DNA of 64,000 nucleotides. Source: Escherichia phage vB_EcoM_EP57. Below are positions 17,982 to 25,332 of this stretch, piece by piece. The stretch lies in the sequence record OR544956. The stretch is one strand, 5' to 3'. The notes beneath the pieces are model-generated. The model was given only the letters and a program-made list of their open reading frames with translations. It was not told the DNA's origin and made no database searches. Position 1 is the stretch's first letter. The number at the start of each line of letters is the position of its first letter. The translations under genes were made by a program, and so were the position numbers.

Positions 17982-20057
17982 TTATCTTTTACGGACACTA
18001 TACGGTTGGTGAAATCCGCTGTTCATTCTACTGTATCCTGTAGGAGCATTTGTTGTTGTAGGGATAGCTACTGCTTTGAAAGTATTCTCTTTTGACAGAG
18101 TATTAAAACAAGAGGCAGCAGCATCGGGAATGTCATCTTTAATAGTGGCTGTAGATCTTTCACCATTGAAAGATTCCAATTCTTTATAAAAGTGGGTTAA
18201 AGTCTCCACATTAGGGAAAGAATCTTCAACAATATAAACAAAACCGTTTTGACACGCACTACTAAAAGGCATGAAACGCTGAAGCTTTTTCTTGTTACCT
18301 GGCATAGCATCTGGTTTAACAACAAAACCCTCTAGAATAAGTTTCTTTGCAGACTCTGTGTATTCTATTGTCCCAGCACCAGATGGGTCTTTAGGAAGCA
18401 CTACTGTAACTTCTGGTCCATCAATCTTACATTGATTTAGAATCAGGTTATCCCTTTCCCCAGGTAGTCTTCGAAACCTTCCGAAAATTTTACTTTTCTC
18501 ATCCACAGCATCATAATCATAGTCGCCAAAGATGTAGATATTACCATCTTGGTCTTTACCCATTTTGACAGATGTTGTATAGTCTGGATAACGGTAAGTT
18601 TCTGTAGGAACTGAAACAGCTTTATCCCATGCTCGCATTAGTTTAAGATTGTTAGGAACATCTTTATAAGATATTTTATGTAACCATTCACGTTGAAAGA
18701 AAGATTCTTTCTGGATACGTGCAAACCAACAACCGTCCAGAAGCTGTGCTCTTTTGATCGCTGTTTGTGATTTAAGCTGTGCTAAGTAATTAGGGTTAAG
18801 CCTAATGAGTTCTGGGTTATCAAATATTGTCCCACCAATAAATACGAAAGTTTGTGGTTCAATAACAACTGTCTCCCCTGTATTAGGGTTTTCCATGAAA
18901 CAGTTTTCTGGATATTTTTCTTTCAGTTCTTCAGGTGTGTCAGCAAAAACAGGTTCATCGTTAACAATGATGAAATATTTTTGTTTACCACACATATCTT
19001 CTCTAGGATAACCACCCTCATCAAGATAAGGTAACACCCAATTCAAAACCCAACTATCTGCGTCAGGGTTACATGTGCACAACATGAAACTTGTTTCTGA
19101 CTCTGAACGCATACGTCCCAGAAGATAGAGCATTTCATATTGTGTGAAGTGGGTTAACTCGTCAAAACCTACCATTGAATACTGTGTACCCTGATGGTTT
19201 GTTTCTGCTGTTACGTTATCATTTTCCAAATGGTCAAATTTGAGGGTTCCGCCACCAGTGGCTTCAAAAATGATATCCATTGTACTTTCTTTTACGTGTG
19301 GTTGTAAAGGAAGATACAAACGTTTTGCTTCTGTAAACAGACCACCTGGTTTACGGTGAGCAGTGGTGTTCTTACGGAAAAGTATTCCACCAAACAAAGG
19401 GTCTTTGTAGGCGTATTTTAAAGCTTTCAGCAATAGCAGACGAGACTTGCCGCTATTCCCAGTAACGAAGCAGTGATCGCCACGTCTAAAGACAATATAG
19501 CTGCTTGGAGTCTCAAAACAATATTTCTTATCATCTGTTGAAATAACCTCGTGTATTTTTAAGTAAGTGCTCTTTTTACCAGGTATGTTAAAAGGAACAC
19601 GTTTACCGAATGGATTTTCTACATAACCTTGCAGGGGTTTTCCTATTTGCTGTAATGCAATAAGATCTCCTACAAGAATCTCGAAATGTTTCTTTGATTT
19701 CTTTTTCTTATAGAATACAAAACGGTGTTCCATACTAAGTTCTTGGAATAATCCTACACCATTTGTTATTCTGTATAGGTTATCTCCATTTAAATCGTAT
19801 TCTACAAAATAAGGTGTTACCAATTCTAAACGCTTATTCTTAGGATTGTATTGGTAAATATCCTCTCCCGAATATTCACTAATCTGCCTCCAACCATCTT
19901 TTGTAAGATATTCCGTTTCAGCAGAAACACATCCAGCGGCACCACCATAAATCATAACCTCTGGCATTAAATCCATTGCAAGAGTCTGTTTACCTGGTTG
20001 AGCCTTTACTTCAATATCTACTCCAGCTAAACTACCTGCTGCCTTTTTCTTTGCCAC
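17982..20057 (-). CDS. terL: terminase large subunit (intein-containing precursor)
   Basis: Walker A split as GGAAG / SGKS around insert; Walker B MVGFDE; CTCNPDAD motif; 691 aa = ~532-aa terminase + 159-aa insert. Confidence 0.85.
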   Translation of the reverse strand: MAKKKAAGSLAGVDIEVKAQPGKQTLAMDLMPEVMIYGGAAGCVSAETEYLTKDGWRQISEYSGEDIYQYNPKNKRLELVTPYFVEYDLNGDNLYRITNGVGLFQELSMEHRFVFYKKKKSKKHFEILVGDLIALQQIGKPLQGYVENPFGKRVPFNIPGKKSTYLKIHEVISTDDKKYCFETPSSYIVFRRGDHCFVTGNSGKSRLLLLKALKYAYKDPLFGGILFRKNTTAHRKPGGLFTEAKRLYLPLQPHVKESTMDIIFEATGGGTLKFDHLENDNVTAETNHQGTQYSMVGFDELTHFTQYEMLYLLGRMRSESETSFMLCTCNPDADSWVLNWVLPYLDEGGYPREDMCGKQKYFIIVNDEPVFADTPEELKEKYPENCFMENPNTGETVVIEPQTFVFIGGTIFDNPELIRLNPNYLAQLKSQTAIKRAQLLDGCWFARIQKESFFQREWLHKISYKDVPNNLKLMRAWDKAVSVPTETYRYPDYTTSVKMGKDQDGNIYIFGDYDYDAVDEKSKIFGRFRRLPGERDNLILNQCKIDGPEVTVVLPKDPSGAGTIEYTESAKKLILEGFVVKPDAMPGNKKKLQRFMPFSSACQNGFVYIVEDSFPNVETLTHFYKELESFNGERSTATIKDDIPDAAASCFNTLSKENTFKAVAIPTTTNAPTGYSRMNSGFHQPYSVRKR
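19455..19931 (-). mobile_element. mini-intein (159 aa) inserted in the terminase P-loop
   Basis: starts CVSAETEYLT, internal SMEHRF (TxxH-like block), ends FVTGN followed by Ser; excision restores GGAAGSGKS. Confidence 0.7.
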
Positions 20058-20060
20058 TCC

Positions 20061-20405
20061 TTATTCAGCAATAATACCTTTTTCTTGCAGTGTTTTAATA
20101 TATGTTTGTAAACCTAGAACCTTTCGTCTATCTTGCTCCCAAAGAGCATTGTTTTGAGTTTGGTTGTTAACAACTTCAGATCTACTAACCCCTTTTGCAA
20201 TTTGATTTTTAGTGTATGGCACAGGTGTCGATACTTTATCCATCAAGTCCGAATCTGGACCTTTAACCTTTTCTATGGCTACAGCCTTACACTCATCAAT
20301 AAGAACTGGGGAAACTTTTGTTGATGATGAACAACCCGTCATCATTAGGGGCAAAGCAAGACATACTGCCAGAATTAGTTTTTGCATAATTCGTTGTATC
20401 CTCAT
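20061..20405 (-). CDS. o-spanin-like outer-membrane lipoprotein
   Basis: signal peptide with lipobox-like LMMTGC; overlaps the 3' part of the preceding gene out of frame (Rz/Rz1 arrangement). Confidence 0.45.
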   Translation of the reverse strand: MRIQRIMQKLILAVCLALPLMMTGCSSSTKVSPVLIDECKAVAIEKVKGPDSDLMDKVSTPVPYTKNQIAKGVSRSEVVNNQTQNNALWEQDRRKVLGLQTYIKTLQEKGIIAE

Positions 20406-20688
20406 TGATCGTTTGTTTCTTCTTCTCTAAATCTGCTTTTAATTGTGCATTGTTTTTAGACAAGTTGTTTATTTGAGTATTTAATAATGCTCTTTCTTCA
20501 TCTGCTCTTTTTTGAAGAACATCAAAATCTTGTTTTGCTTTTGCTTGGGCTGCTTGATATACTTGCGTTTGATAGGCAACACCATCTTTGTAGCCAGACT
20601 CACGTATCTTGTTATAAGCAAACATTCCGGCAAGAATAAGAACAACAATTAAAACAAAACTTAATACAGTTTTAGTCTTTAGATTCAT
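20296..20688 (-). CDS. i-spanin-like protein
   Basis: 130 aa, N-terminal transmembrane helix then charged coiled-coil region. Confidence 0.45.
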   Translation of the reverse strand: MNLKTKTVLSFVLIVVLILAGMFAYNKIRESGYKDGVAYQTQVYQAAQAKAKQDFDVLQKRADEERALLNTQINNLSKNNAQLKADLEKKKQTINEDTTNYAKTNSGSMSCFAPNDDGLFIINKSFPSSY

Positions 20689-20887
20689 TATCTTCTACTT
20701 CCTCATAAAATTTTATTTTAGGAAGAGAAGGGGCGTTGTTAACTATCTTCTTCACTTCCATTGGTTGAGCCTCCGCTAGGATCTCTTCCCAAGTCTTCTC
20801 TGTCATCATAAAGTTCTTCCTCCAAGTTCCAAGCCCGTGTGTAATCATTCTTTTTATCTTTATGATAAGAAGAACGGTTAAAATCAT
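20672..20887 (-). CDS. hypothetical protein (start uncertain; a 56-codon ORF with strong RBS at 20742..20909 overlaps in another frame)
   Basis: 71-aa track ORF; GAGGAGG precedes the alternative ATG at 20909. Confidence 0.2.
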   Translation of the reverse strand: MILTVLLIIKIKRMITHGLGTWRKNFMMTEKTWEEILAEAQPMEVKKIVNNAPSLPKIKFYEEVEDNESKD

Positions 20888-21049
20888 TTTTAACTACAAA
20901 ATTGCGCATATTTTATCCTCCTCATATCTGATCTTATCACAAAATGATATATAATTGCAAGCATTAAAAATAAAAAAGCCCCTAACCTTTCGGAGAGGGG
21001 TGTTAAAAATAACAAGGAGGAGGGGCAAAGCCCCAAGAGAGGAGAGGGA

Positions 21050-21346
21050 TTAGATTACGATCTTTTTAGGAACGTCATCTGTATTCTGCACGGCAGGGGT
21101 TTCTTCTTCCATAGCTTCATAATGTTCTTCTAACCATTCTTCTACTTGCTCTTTAATAGCTTTAGCTGCTTGGAAGCGGAGAGGTTTTGCTGCATCCTTA
21201 TCATTAACAAGTTCAACAATATACCGCATAGCTTCTAAATAATGCTCTGCAAATAATTCTTTTACACTTGCTTGCGCCGCATCCATTGCGTAAATCTGTT
21301 GCATTTCGGCTGTTGGTCTTCCACGACCACGTTTTAGTTTAGGCAT
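21050..21346 (-). CDS. hypothetical small basic protein
   Basis: 98 aa, N-terminal KLKRGRGRP; own promoter and RBS. Confidence 0.35.
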   Translation of the reverse strand: MPKLKRGRGRPTAEMQQIYAMDAAQASVKELFAEHYLEAMRYIVELVNDKDAAKPLRFQAAKAIKEQVEEWLEEHYEAMEEETPAVQNTDDVPKKIVI

Positions 21347-21368
21347 AATAAAATCCTCCTAAACTTTA

Positions 21369-21396
21369 TCTTAACATATAAAAAATAATAAGTCAA
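21369..21396 (-). promoter_or_regulatory. sigma70-like promoter upstream of 21050..21346
   Basis: minus strand TTGACT - 16/17 nt - TAAGAT, then AGGAGG RBS. Confidence 0.35.
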
Positions 21397-21413
21397 GTTT
21401 TATTCAATAGATA

Positions 21414-21437
21414 GCAAAAAGCCTCCAATAAGGAGGC
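21414..21437 (-). terminator. rho-independent terminator closing the tRNA operon
   Basis: minus strand GCCTCC-TTATT-GGAGGC followed by TTTTT. Confidence 0.6.
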
Positions 21438-21553
21438 TAATAAATACTGTTAAGTTGAAATGCTTTATTATAATTGTGCGTTAAGGAGTCGCACCCCTCC
21501 ATCTTAGAAGGAACCAGGCAAGGTCTTCAAAGATACCGCTGGCAAGCGATATT

Positions 21554-21632
21554 TGGAGGCGGGAATTGGATTTGAACCAATGATCTCCAGCATATGAAAC
21601 TGGCGAGGACGACCAGACTCCTCTATCCCGCT
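21554..21632 (-). tRNA. tRNA-Met (anticodon CAT), CCA encoded
   Basis: hand-folded cloverleaf; T arm ATTGG-TTCAAAT-CCAAT; anticodon loop TTCATAT; A1:C72 mismatch noted. Confidence 0.5.
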
Positions 21633-21638
21633 ATTATG

Positions 21639-21710
21639 TATCCCGTGCTGGATTCGAACCAGCATCACAATAAGCTGTGGAACTCTTATCCTGTAAGTCT
21701 AACGGGAAAC
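21639..21710 (-). tRNA. tRNA-like element, anticodon not resolved (possible pseudo-tRNA)
   Basis: T arm GCTGG-TTCGAAT-CCAGC and acceptor-like ends, but no canonical anticodon arm found by eye. Confidence 0.25.
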
Positions 21711-21784
21711 TGGTTGTTTCGACAAGAATCGAACTTGTGTCTCACGATTATCAGTCGTGGGTTCTACCATTGAACTACGAAACA
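21711..21784 (-). tRNA. tRNA-Ile (anticodon GAT), CCA encoded
   Basis: acceptor TGTTTCG/CGAAACA, D arm GTTC-AATGGTA-GAAC, anticodon arm CACGA-CTGATAA-TCGTG. Confidence 0.65.
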
Positions 21785-21790
21785 TTAAAT

Positions 21791-21867
21791 TGGTCGGAAT
21801 TGCAGGATTCGAACCTGCGACCCTACGCTCCCAAAGCGTATGCTCTACCAAACTGAGCTAAATTCCG
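21791..21867 (-). tRNA. tRNA-Pro (anticodon TGG), CCA encoded
   Basis: acceptor CGGAATT/AATTCCG, D arm GCTC-AGTTTGGTA-GAGC, anticodon arm TACGC-TTTGGGA-GCGTA. Confidence 0.65.
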
Positions 21868-21960
21868 TCATAACATTCTAAAGGTACACCGCAAAAGAAA
21901 GTGTTCGGCGGCTCCTCGTTTTTAACTTCACACTTGAGGTAGTGACTCACCTTTGTTATA

Positions 21961-22036
21961 TGGCTGGTCTGTCTGGATTTGAACCAAACCTACGACAGTC
22001 AAAGTGTCGTGTGCTACCGGACTACACTACAAACCA
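21961..22036 (-). tRNA. tRNA-Gln (anticodon TTG), CCA encoded
   Basis: anticodon arm CGACA-CTTTGAC-TGTCG; T loop TTCAAAT; acceptor pairs with one G-U. Confidence 0.55.
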
Positions 22037-22134
22037 ATAAATCATTTAATGAAGGGCAACCAGAAGAGGTGTGAGAGAAGGAGAAAACCATGAGTAAAAG
22101 AGAAAGTTTTCTGGCAACCCTTTATTAAATAATT

Positions 22135-22208
22135 TGGAGCGTTCTACGAGGATCGAACTCGTGCCGCCGACTTGGAAGGACGGAATGCTACCGCTACACC
22201 AAGAACGC
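22135..22208 (-). tRNA. tRNA-Gly (anticodon TCC), CCA encoded
   Basis: acceptor GCGTTCT/AGAACGC; anticodon loop CTTCCAA; T arm ACGAG-TTCGATC-CTCGT. Confidence 0.5.
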
Positions 22209-22219
22209 CCTACATCTTT

Positions 22220-22249
22220 ACTATACTACATTTTACTATTGGTTGTCAA
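22220..22249 (-). promoter_or_regulatory. promoter with AACTATTGACAA element, start site just upstream of the tRNA at 22208
   Basis: minus strand TTGACA - 18 nt - TATAGT. Confidence 0.45.
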
Positions 22250-22438
22250 TAGTTTTATTGAGTGGGACAGTGACGAGTATCCCGTTGGGTGACTAGCCCT
22301 ACGTTCGGTAAGCTAACTTAAAATAATACAAAACCAAAGTCAAATATTATTCTTCGTTGCTGTCGATGGGAGAGCCGCTTCTCATTTTGCCCCATCCAAC
22401 CCTACTCCGGTCAAGTTTCGGGTAACTCTTTTTGTGTG

Positions 22439-22527
22439 ATCAACACAATACTAAGAACACTGTCTTTCGAACAGACCTTGTGCACAGGATACGACGATCA
22501 ATCACAGTGCTCTTAATGTTGTGTTGG
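22439..22527 (-). ncRNA. tRNA-like degenerate element (GTTCGAA loop, 8-bp terminal pairing), not a canonical tRNA
   Basis: ends CAACACAA/TTGTGTTG pair; internal hairpin with TTCGAA loop; no cloverleaf could be completed. Confidence 0.2.
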
Positions 22528-22599
22528 TGCTCCCACACTGAATCGAACAGAGATCCACGGATTACAAAACCGTTGTAATAGCCATTATACTATAGGAGC
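22525..22599 (-). tRNA. tRNA-Thr (anticodon TGT), CCA encoded
   Basis: acceptor GCTCCTA/TGGGAGC (one G-U); anticodon loop TTTGTAA. Confidence 0.45.
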
Positions 22600-22605
22600 A
22601 AAGCT

Positions 22606-22682
22606 GGGACTCGGCAGGATTCGATACCTGCAATTCCAGAAGCCTCTTGGCGACTGGGGGTTTACCTTAACTCTACAAGTCC
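22606..22682 (-). tRNA. tRNA, anticodon not resolved by eye
   Basis: acceptor GGACTTG/CGAGTCC pairs; T-arm-like GCAGG-TATCGAAT-CCTGC with 8-nt loop. Confidence 0.3.
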
Positions 22683-22689
22683 ATAATTC

Positions 22690-22775
22690 TGGCGATGAGT
22701 ATAGGATTTGAACCTATATCGTTCTTTCGAACACGGATTAACAGTCCGCCGCTTAAACCATTCAGCCAACTCATC
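22690..22775 (-). tRNA. class II (long variable arm) tRNA with apparent anticodon GTT
   Basis: acceptor GATGAGT/ACTCATC; anticodon arm GCGGA-CTGTTAA-TCCGT; variable arm GTTC-GAAA-GAAC; T arm ATAGG-TTCAAAT-CCTAT. Confidence 0.45.
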
Positions 22776-22781
22776 TTAATT

Positions 22782-22869
22782 TGGTGGTGAGTGATGGAGT
22801 TGAACCACCCGAATCGCAATGATAACAGATTTACAGTCTGCCCCGCTACCCCTACGGAATTAACTCACC
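22782..22869 (-). tRNA. tRNA-Tyr (anticodon GTA), class II, CCA encoded
   Basis: acceptor GGTGAGT/ACTCACC; anticodon arm GCAGA-CTGTAAA-TCTGT; T arm GGTGG-TTCAACT-CCATC. Confidence 0.6.
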
Positions 22870-22947
22870 TAAATACTAATATTTAAATTCTTTTTAAAAT
22901 AGCCAGTGTTCACACCACTAACTATGTAAGCCATATTAAAAAGAACT

Positions 22948-23033
22948 TGGCGGTAGATGTAGGACTCGAACCTACACGCCGTTTCCGACTACAGTTTAGC
23001 AAACTGTCGTGGCTACCATTTCACCAATCTACC
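22948..23033 (-). tRNA. tRNA-Ser (anticodon GCT), class II, CCA encoded
   Basis: acceptor GGTAGAT/ATCTACC; anticodon arm ACAGT-TTGCTAA-ACTGT; long variable arm. Confidence 0.6.
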
Positions 23034-23038
23034 TAATC

Positions 23039-23129
23039 TGGCGGAAGGAGGGAGAGTCGAACTCCCAAGGCTCTTTCAAGCTCGGCGGTTTTCAAGACCG
23101 TTTTCGTCGCCACGTCGATTTGCCCTTCC
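23039..23129 (-). tRNA. tRNA-Ser (anticodon TGA), class II, CCA encoded
   Basis: acceptor GGAAGGG/TCCTTCC; anticodon loop CTTGAAA; long variable arm; T arm GGGAG-TTCGACT-CTCCC. Confidence 0.5.
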
Positions 23130-23138
23130 ATACTTATA

Positions 23139-23167
23139 ATCTAACATAAAATAATGTTTGTTGTCAA
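23139..23167 (-). promoter_or_regulatory. promoter with AACTATTGACAA element, start site at the tRNA-Ser 5' end
   Basis: minus strand TTGACA - 17 nt - TTAGAT. Confidence 0.4.
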
Positions 23168-23363
23168 TAGTTTTTTAAAACATTTTACCATGAATGGTGA
23201 CTCCACCAACCCCCGTTCTCCACGAACGGTGCTCTTCGAGCATTTATGTCTTCTAATATAACCGTGGCCTTTGTTTATAATGTCTGACATACTTGCCTCA
23301 TTCTCTGCCACCATGATCAGTAGTGGGTTCAAATTACTTGAGCTAATTCATGTTAAAATGTTC

Positions 23364-23438
23364 TGGTGTCTTTACAAGGAATCGAACCTTGACTAAGAGT
23401 TTAGAAGACTCCTGTGCTATCCATTACACCATAAAGAC
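23364..23438 (-). tRNA. tRNA-Arg (anticodon TCT), CCA encoded
   Basis: acceptor GTCTTTA/TAAAGAC; anticodon arm GGAGT-CTTCTAA-ACTCT; T arm CAAGG-TTCGATT-CCTTG. Confidence 0.6.
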
Positions 23439-23440
23439 GT

Positions 23441-23515
23441 TGGTGGCCCTGGCTGGTTTCGATCCAGCTACCTATCGGTTATGAGCCGACAGCTCTCCCA
23501 TTGAGCTACAGGGCC
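23441..23515 (-). tRNA. tRNA-Met (anticodon CAT; could be fMet or Ile2), CCA encoded
   Basis: acceptor GGCCCTG/CAGGGCC; D arm GCTC-AATGGGA-GAGC; anticodon arm GTCGG-CTCATAA-CCGAT. Confidence 0.6.
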
Positions 23516-23520
23516 ATAAA

Positions 23521-23712
23521 TGTGGTAACAGAGACGCTGACGATTGTAGAGAACCGCTACATTCTCTAAGACCAAGCCCAACTTTCAGCGTAAAAGTTCT
23601 TGAGCCGAGACTGTTCCTTTTCCTCTTTGGTAGCTAACCTCTGAAGAAGTAGTCTCTAACACTACCGCAGTGCAAGCCCCTCTTAACAAAAGTCAACGAC
23701 ACTGTTACCACA
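23521..23712 (-). ncRNA. candidate structured stable RNA (~190 nt) at the 5' end of the tRNA transcript
   Basis: perfect 11-bp terminal helix (5' UGUGGUAACAG / 3' CUGUUACCACA), internal hairpins, no long ORF, begins at the predicted start site of the 23725..23754 promoter. Confidence 0.4.
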
Positions 23713-23724
23713 CTTGATGAACGT

Positions 23725-23754
23725 ATCCTAACATATGAAGGATACGTTTGTCAA
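23725..23754 (-). promoter_or_regulatory. promoter with AACTATTGACAA element heading the tRNA operon
   Basis: minus strand TTGACA - 18 nt - TAGGAT; 6-bp inverted repeat GTATCC/GGATAC overlaps the spacer. Confidence 0.4.
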
Positions 23755-23761
23755 TAGTTAT

Positions 23762-24010
23762 TTAAGCATATTCTGCTACTTCTTCACTATCTTTCTTTTC
23801 CAGAAGAGCAACAACCAAAGCTTCTGCGTTAAAAGTATTAATTTCAAGATCCATCTCTCGCATCAGAGCCAAGAAATCAATAACTTTAACATCTTTAGTG
23901 ATTACAATAGAAGTTGTACCATTGTTTTCAGATGTGTATTTTTCTGGATGGAAAAGAAAAACTGCATTGCCGTTACCATCTTCAAACACGTGTTTTTCTA
24001 ATAGAGACAT
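23762..24010 (-). CDS. hypothetical small protein
   Basis: 82-aa ORF, first minus-strand gene left of the divergent region. Confidence 0.35.
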   Translation of the reverse strand: MSLLEKHVFEDGNGNAVFLFHPEKYTSENNGTTSIVITKDVKVIDFLALMREMDLEINTFNAEALVVALLEKKDSEEVAEYA

Positions 24011-24018
24011 TGTTCCTC

Positions 24019-24270
24019 CTAATCTGTTAGTTGTTCGTCCTCTACCAAGTTTGACACGAGAACGTCTGTTATATATTGATGCTGATAAACCCTTTCGGGA
24101 CTATCATCAAAAGCCAAACCTGTGCAAATAGAACAGAGGTCTGATTCCTTGATGACTCCATTTTTATCACGTCTGGAGTGGTTTGTCAAATGCCTATTAC
24201 AAGCACGGCACCTAAAATAAAAGCTATTTTGCATATATCCTTCGAACCCCAAATGGGGAGTGATCGGCAT
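24019..24270 (-). CDS. hypothetical zinc-ribbon protein
   Basis: 83 aa with paired CxxC (CRACN ... CSICTG). Confidence 0.35.
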   Translation of the reverse strand: MPITPHLGFEGYMQNSFYFRCRACNRHLTNHSRRDKNGVIKESDLCSICTGLAFDDSPERVYQHQYITDVLVSNLVEDEQLTD

Positions 24271-24307
24271 CTCCTCACTTCTAGTTTAGCACGAAGGATA
24301 TCTTAAG

Positions 24308-24505
24308 TCAACTAGGAATAATTTTATCCCTTTTGGTTTCATAACCAGTCCAATCTAAATCCTCCCAGCCTTCATCATCGTCTAACACATTGTCATCATC
24401 ATAAGATGCAATGTTATAAATAGAACGTGGATTACAAGACATACAATCTTTAATAGGCACATGATGCCATTTGCACGGATTCTCACTAATCATTGCACAC
24501 CTCAT
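24308..24505 (-). CDS. hypothetical Cys-rich acidic protein
   Basis: 65-aa ORF adjacent to the AT-rich divergent region. Confidence 0.3.
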   Translation of the reverse strand: MRCAMISENPCKWHHVPIKDCMSCNPRSIYNIASYDDDNVLDDDEGWEDLDWTGYETKRDKIIPS

Positions 24506-24519
24506 CTATAGATCAAGTA

Positions 24520-24690
24520 TTATTTATAATAATTTATTATTTTATTTTTAATTGATAGAAGTTGATCTGTACGTACCAGTTCTGATACACTGTACCTGTT
24601 TGTTAGATCTAATAATTATTTATTATTAATATTTAATAATTATTAATCTAGTACGGAGTACAGTACTTGAGTACAGAGTACTACATCAAC
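24520..24690. repeat. AT-rich iterated region between divergent transcription units (AATAATTATT repeats, GAGTACAG direct repeats, GTACGTAC and AGTACT palindromes)
   Basis: AATAATTATT at 24611 and 24635; GAGTACAG at 24656 and 24669; AGTACT twice; no ORF. Confidence 0.5.
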
Positions 24691-24915
24691 GACCTAAAAC
24701 CTTAACTCGCTGCGCTCGTTAATAGATTTCTAGGGTAACATACTTCGAACACAAAAGTCAAGAGTTTTATTAAAAATTATTTTCTGTGTGCAAAAACCTT
24801 GCTTAAACAGGTAGCAATAGTATTAAGAGGCTGTAGAGCAAGTTTACTTACTAGGTAAGGTGATTTATCATCTTATATATAAAAAGTGCGTCAGAGACGC
24901 GTTTAGGAGGCTAGA

Positions 24916-25332
24916 ATGAGATTTACAAGACAAGAGGTAGTTGTACTTGACGAAGCAATGACAATGATCGTCTTTTACTATGAGGATATCTTCTGTGCAG
25001 CATATCATTTAAATGATATTCAGATTGAATGGAAGCAGATAGCATTCCTGTTGGACAAGAGTAATCATTTGGATGGCTTTGAGTATTTGGAGTGGGATGG
25101 TGCAAAGGAAGTTAAAATTGTAGGGTTAAATCACGATCAGATTGTTGACATGCAATGTAAGTTGTGTCATTATCAGTTCTCAAACAATCCTGGCAACAAT
25201 TGTTCTGATTTTTGCCATGTGTGTGGTTCACGATGTTCTGGTAAGCTACTTTTGAAGACACAAGATGTGTCCTACAGCCGTGTTACGCTTACTGGCGACC
25301 ATACCCCAATCATGGAGTACGTAAAGAAATGA
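24916..25332 (+). CDS. hypothetical Cys-rich protein
   Basis: 138-aa ORF, AGGAGG RBS, CxxC pairs (CKLCH, CHVCGSRC). Confidence 0.45.
   Translation: MRFTRQEVVVLDEAMTMIVFYYEDIFCAAYHLNDIQIEWKQIAFLLDKSNHLDGFEYLEWDGAKEVKIVGLNHDQIVDMQCKLCHYQFSNNPGNNCSDFCHVCGSRCSGKLLLKTQDVSYSRVTLTGDHTPIMEYVKK

Noticed and set aside
23141-23332. 63-aa minus-strand ORF inside the tRNA cluster
   Set aside because: It overlaps the promoter element at 23139..23167 and sits between tRNA genes; more likely a non-coding spacer with a hairpin (CCGTT...AACGG) than a protein gene.
21480-23520. Possibility that the T-loop-like motifs are plus-strand tRNAs or a CRISPR-like repeat array
   Set aside because: All read GGATTCGAACC-type on the forward strand, the reverse complement of the T-loop, and fold only as minus-strand tRNAs. 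Spacing and sequence are not uniform as in CRISPR repeats, and no cas genes are present.
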